This document shows, piece by piece, positions 62,271 through 64,000 of a DNA stretch of 64,000 nt. Each line of letters opens with the position of its first letter. Position 1 is the stretch's first letter. The stretch is from the NCBI GenBank assembly GCA_030390025.1, contig CM059432.1, positions 52,268,001 through 52,332,000 on the forward strand, in the 5' to 3' direction. The position numbers were made by a program, and so were the translations under genes. A model generated the notes under the pieces. That model had not been told where the DNA came from. It ran no database searches and was given only the letters and a program-made list of their open reading frames with translations. Source of the DNA: Squalus acanthias. Taxonomy: Eukaryota.

Positions 62271-62399
62271 ATAATCTACTTCAGTATTGAATGAATGCTA
62301 CATTGTTTTAGGTGCCATCTTTCAAATGAAATGTTAAACTGAGGCCTTCTCTACCTGTTCAGGTGGATATAAAAGATCTCATAACATTATTTGAAGAAC

Positions 62400-63930
62400 A
62401 ATTTACAATTTGCATTTACACAGTGCCTTTACCGTGGACAAATGTCCCATGGCACTTCACAGAAACATAAACAGGCAAAAATCGATGCTGAGAAAAAAAA
62501 AGAAAATATTAAGAGTGGTGACTAAAAGTTTGGTCAGAGGTGGGTTTTAAGAAGGAGAGCAAGTTGGAGAGGCTGACAAGTTTGAAGAGGGAATTCCAAA
62601 GTTTAGAGCCTAGATGGCTGAAGGCATGGCTGCCAGTGATGGGGTGAAAGGAGTGATTGATACACAAGAGGACCAAGTTGGAGAGTTGTAGGGCTGGAGG
62701 AGACTACAGAGATGAAGAAGGGGCTAGGCCATGAAGGGATTTAAACAAGAGGATGAGAATTTTAAATTGGAGTCATTGGGGGACTGGGAGCTAATGTAGG
62801 TCAGTGGTGATGGGTGAGTGGGACTTGGTGCAGGATAGGATATGGGCAGAAGAAGTTTGGATGAGCTGAAGTTTGTGGAAGGTGGAGGATGGGAAGCTGG
62901 CAAGGAGAGATTTAGAATAGTTGAGTCTAGAGGTGACAACAGCATGGATATGGATTTTGGCAGAAGATGGGCTGAAGCGGGGCGGAGACTGGTGATATTG
63001 CAGAGGTGGAAGTAGGCAGTCTTTCTGATGGAGAGGATGTGGGGTCAGAAACTCAACTTGTGATCAAATAGGACACTGAGTGTGTGAATGGTCAGGTTTA
63101 ACCTGAGACTATGGCTGGGCAGGAAGATGGAATTGGTGGCGAGGGTATGGAGATTGTGGCAGGGGTCCAAGACTATGGCTTTGGTCTTCAGTTTAACTGC
63201 AGGAAATTGCAATTTATCCAGGACTGGATGTCGGACAAGCAGTCTGACTTCACAGATGCAGTGGAGGGGCCGAGAGAGATGGTGGAGAGGTAGAGCTAGG
63301 TTTCATCAGCTAGGTGTCATCAGAGTATATGTCTTCAGATGATGTCGCCAAAGGACAGATCTTTGAGGGGACTCCAGAGGTAGCAGTGTGGGGACAGGAA
63401 GAGAAGCCATTGCTGGAGATGCTCTGGCTACAATTGGATAAGAGTGGACCAGGCAAGGGCAGTCCCACTGAGCTGGATAATAGAGAGGTGTTGAAGGAGG
63501 ATTGTGTGGTCAAACATGTCAAAGGCTGCAGAGATGAGGAGGAATAGTCCACCATGATCACAGTCACAGAGGAAGTAATTGGTGACCTTGATTAGGGCTG
63601 TTTCAGTGCTGTGGCAGGGCAAAAGCTTGATTAGAGAGATCCAAACTTGGAGTTGCAAGAAAGACGGGCCTGGATTTGGGAGGCAACAACACACTCAAGG
63701 ACTTTGTAGAGGAGAGGTTGGAGATGGGGCGGTAGTTTAAAAGGAGCGGGGTCGAGGGTGCTTTTTGTTGAGGAGGGTGATATTGCCAGTTGTTTTGAAA
63801 GCGAGGGGGACAGTAGCTGAGGAGAGGGAACCATTTACAATGTTAGCTAGCATAGGGGTCAGGAAGAGAAATTGGCTGGTTAGCAGTTTAATAGCAATAG
63901 GGACAAGGAAGCAGGAGGTTTATGTCTCGT
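62400..63930 (-). mobile_element. Decayed L2-type LINE (RT region + 3' end)
   Basis: HSTETALIKVTN, ISAAFDMFDHTILLQHL, TSGVP motifs on the minus strand. Confidence 0.85.
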
Positions 63931-64000
63931 AGACAAGATAAGAACTATTGGGTCCTGTTCTCGTCTGCCAAAACTGCTCACTATTCCAGGATCATCCAGG

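Overview
Vertebrate genomic DNA; the repeat content (CR1/L2 LINEs, Penelope-like elements, Deu-type SINEs, Harbinger MITEs) looks like a cartilaginous fish. The left part holds the 5' end of a TGIF1-like TALE homeobox gene on the minus strand: two coding exons and the promoter, with the last exon not found in the window. A near-identical ~7.7 kb duplication flanks a 500-N gap and is probably an assembly overlap. The standout feature is a very young, apparently intact 9.4 kb LTR provirus (27874-37313). It has ~1.7 kb LTRs in which the only difference I could see is one 8-bp indel, a 4-bp TSD, an 18-nt tRNA-Arg primer site and a PPT. It encodes Gag (coiled coil, PSAPPSY late domains, CCHC knuckle) and an Env with an Ig-like domain fused to a long F-type class I fusion protein, but it has no pol. 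Where pol should be, an in-frame non-enzymatic ORF follows a UGA-CUAG readthrough stop. The rest of the window is transposon-dense, including several minimal hammerhead ribozymes in Penelope tails and decayed Harbinger elements.
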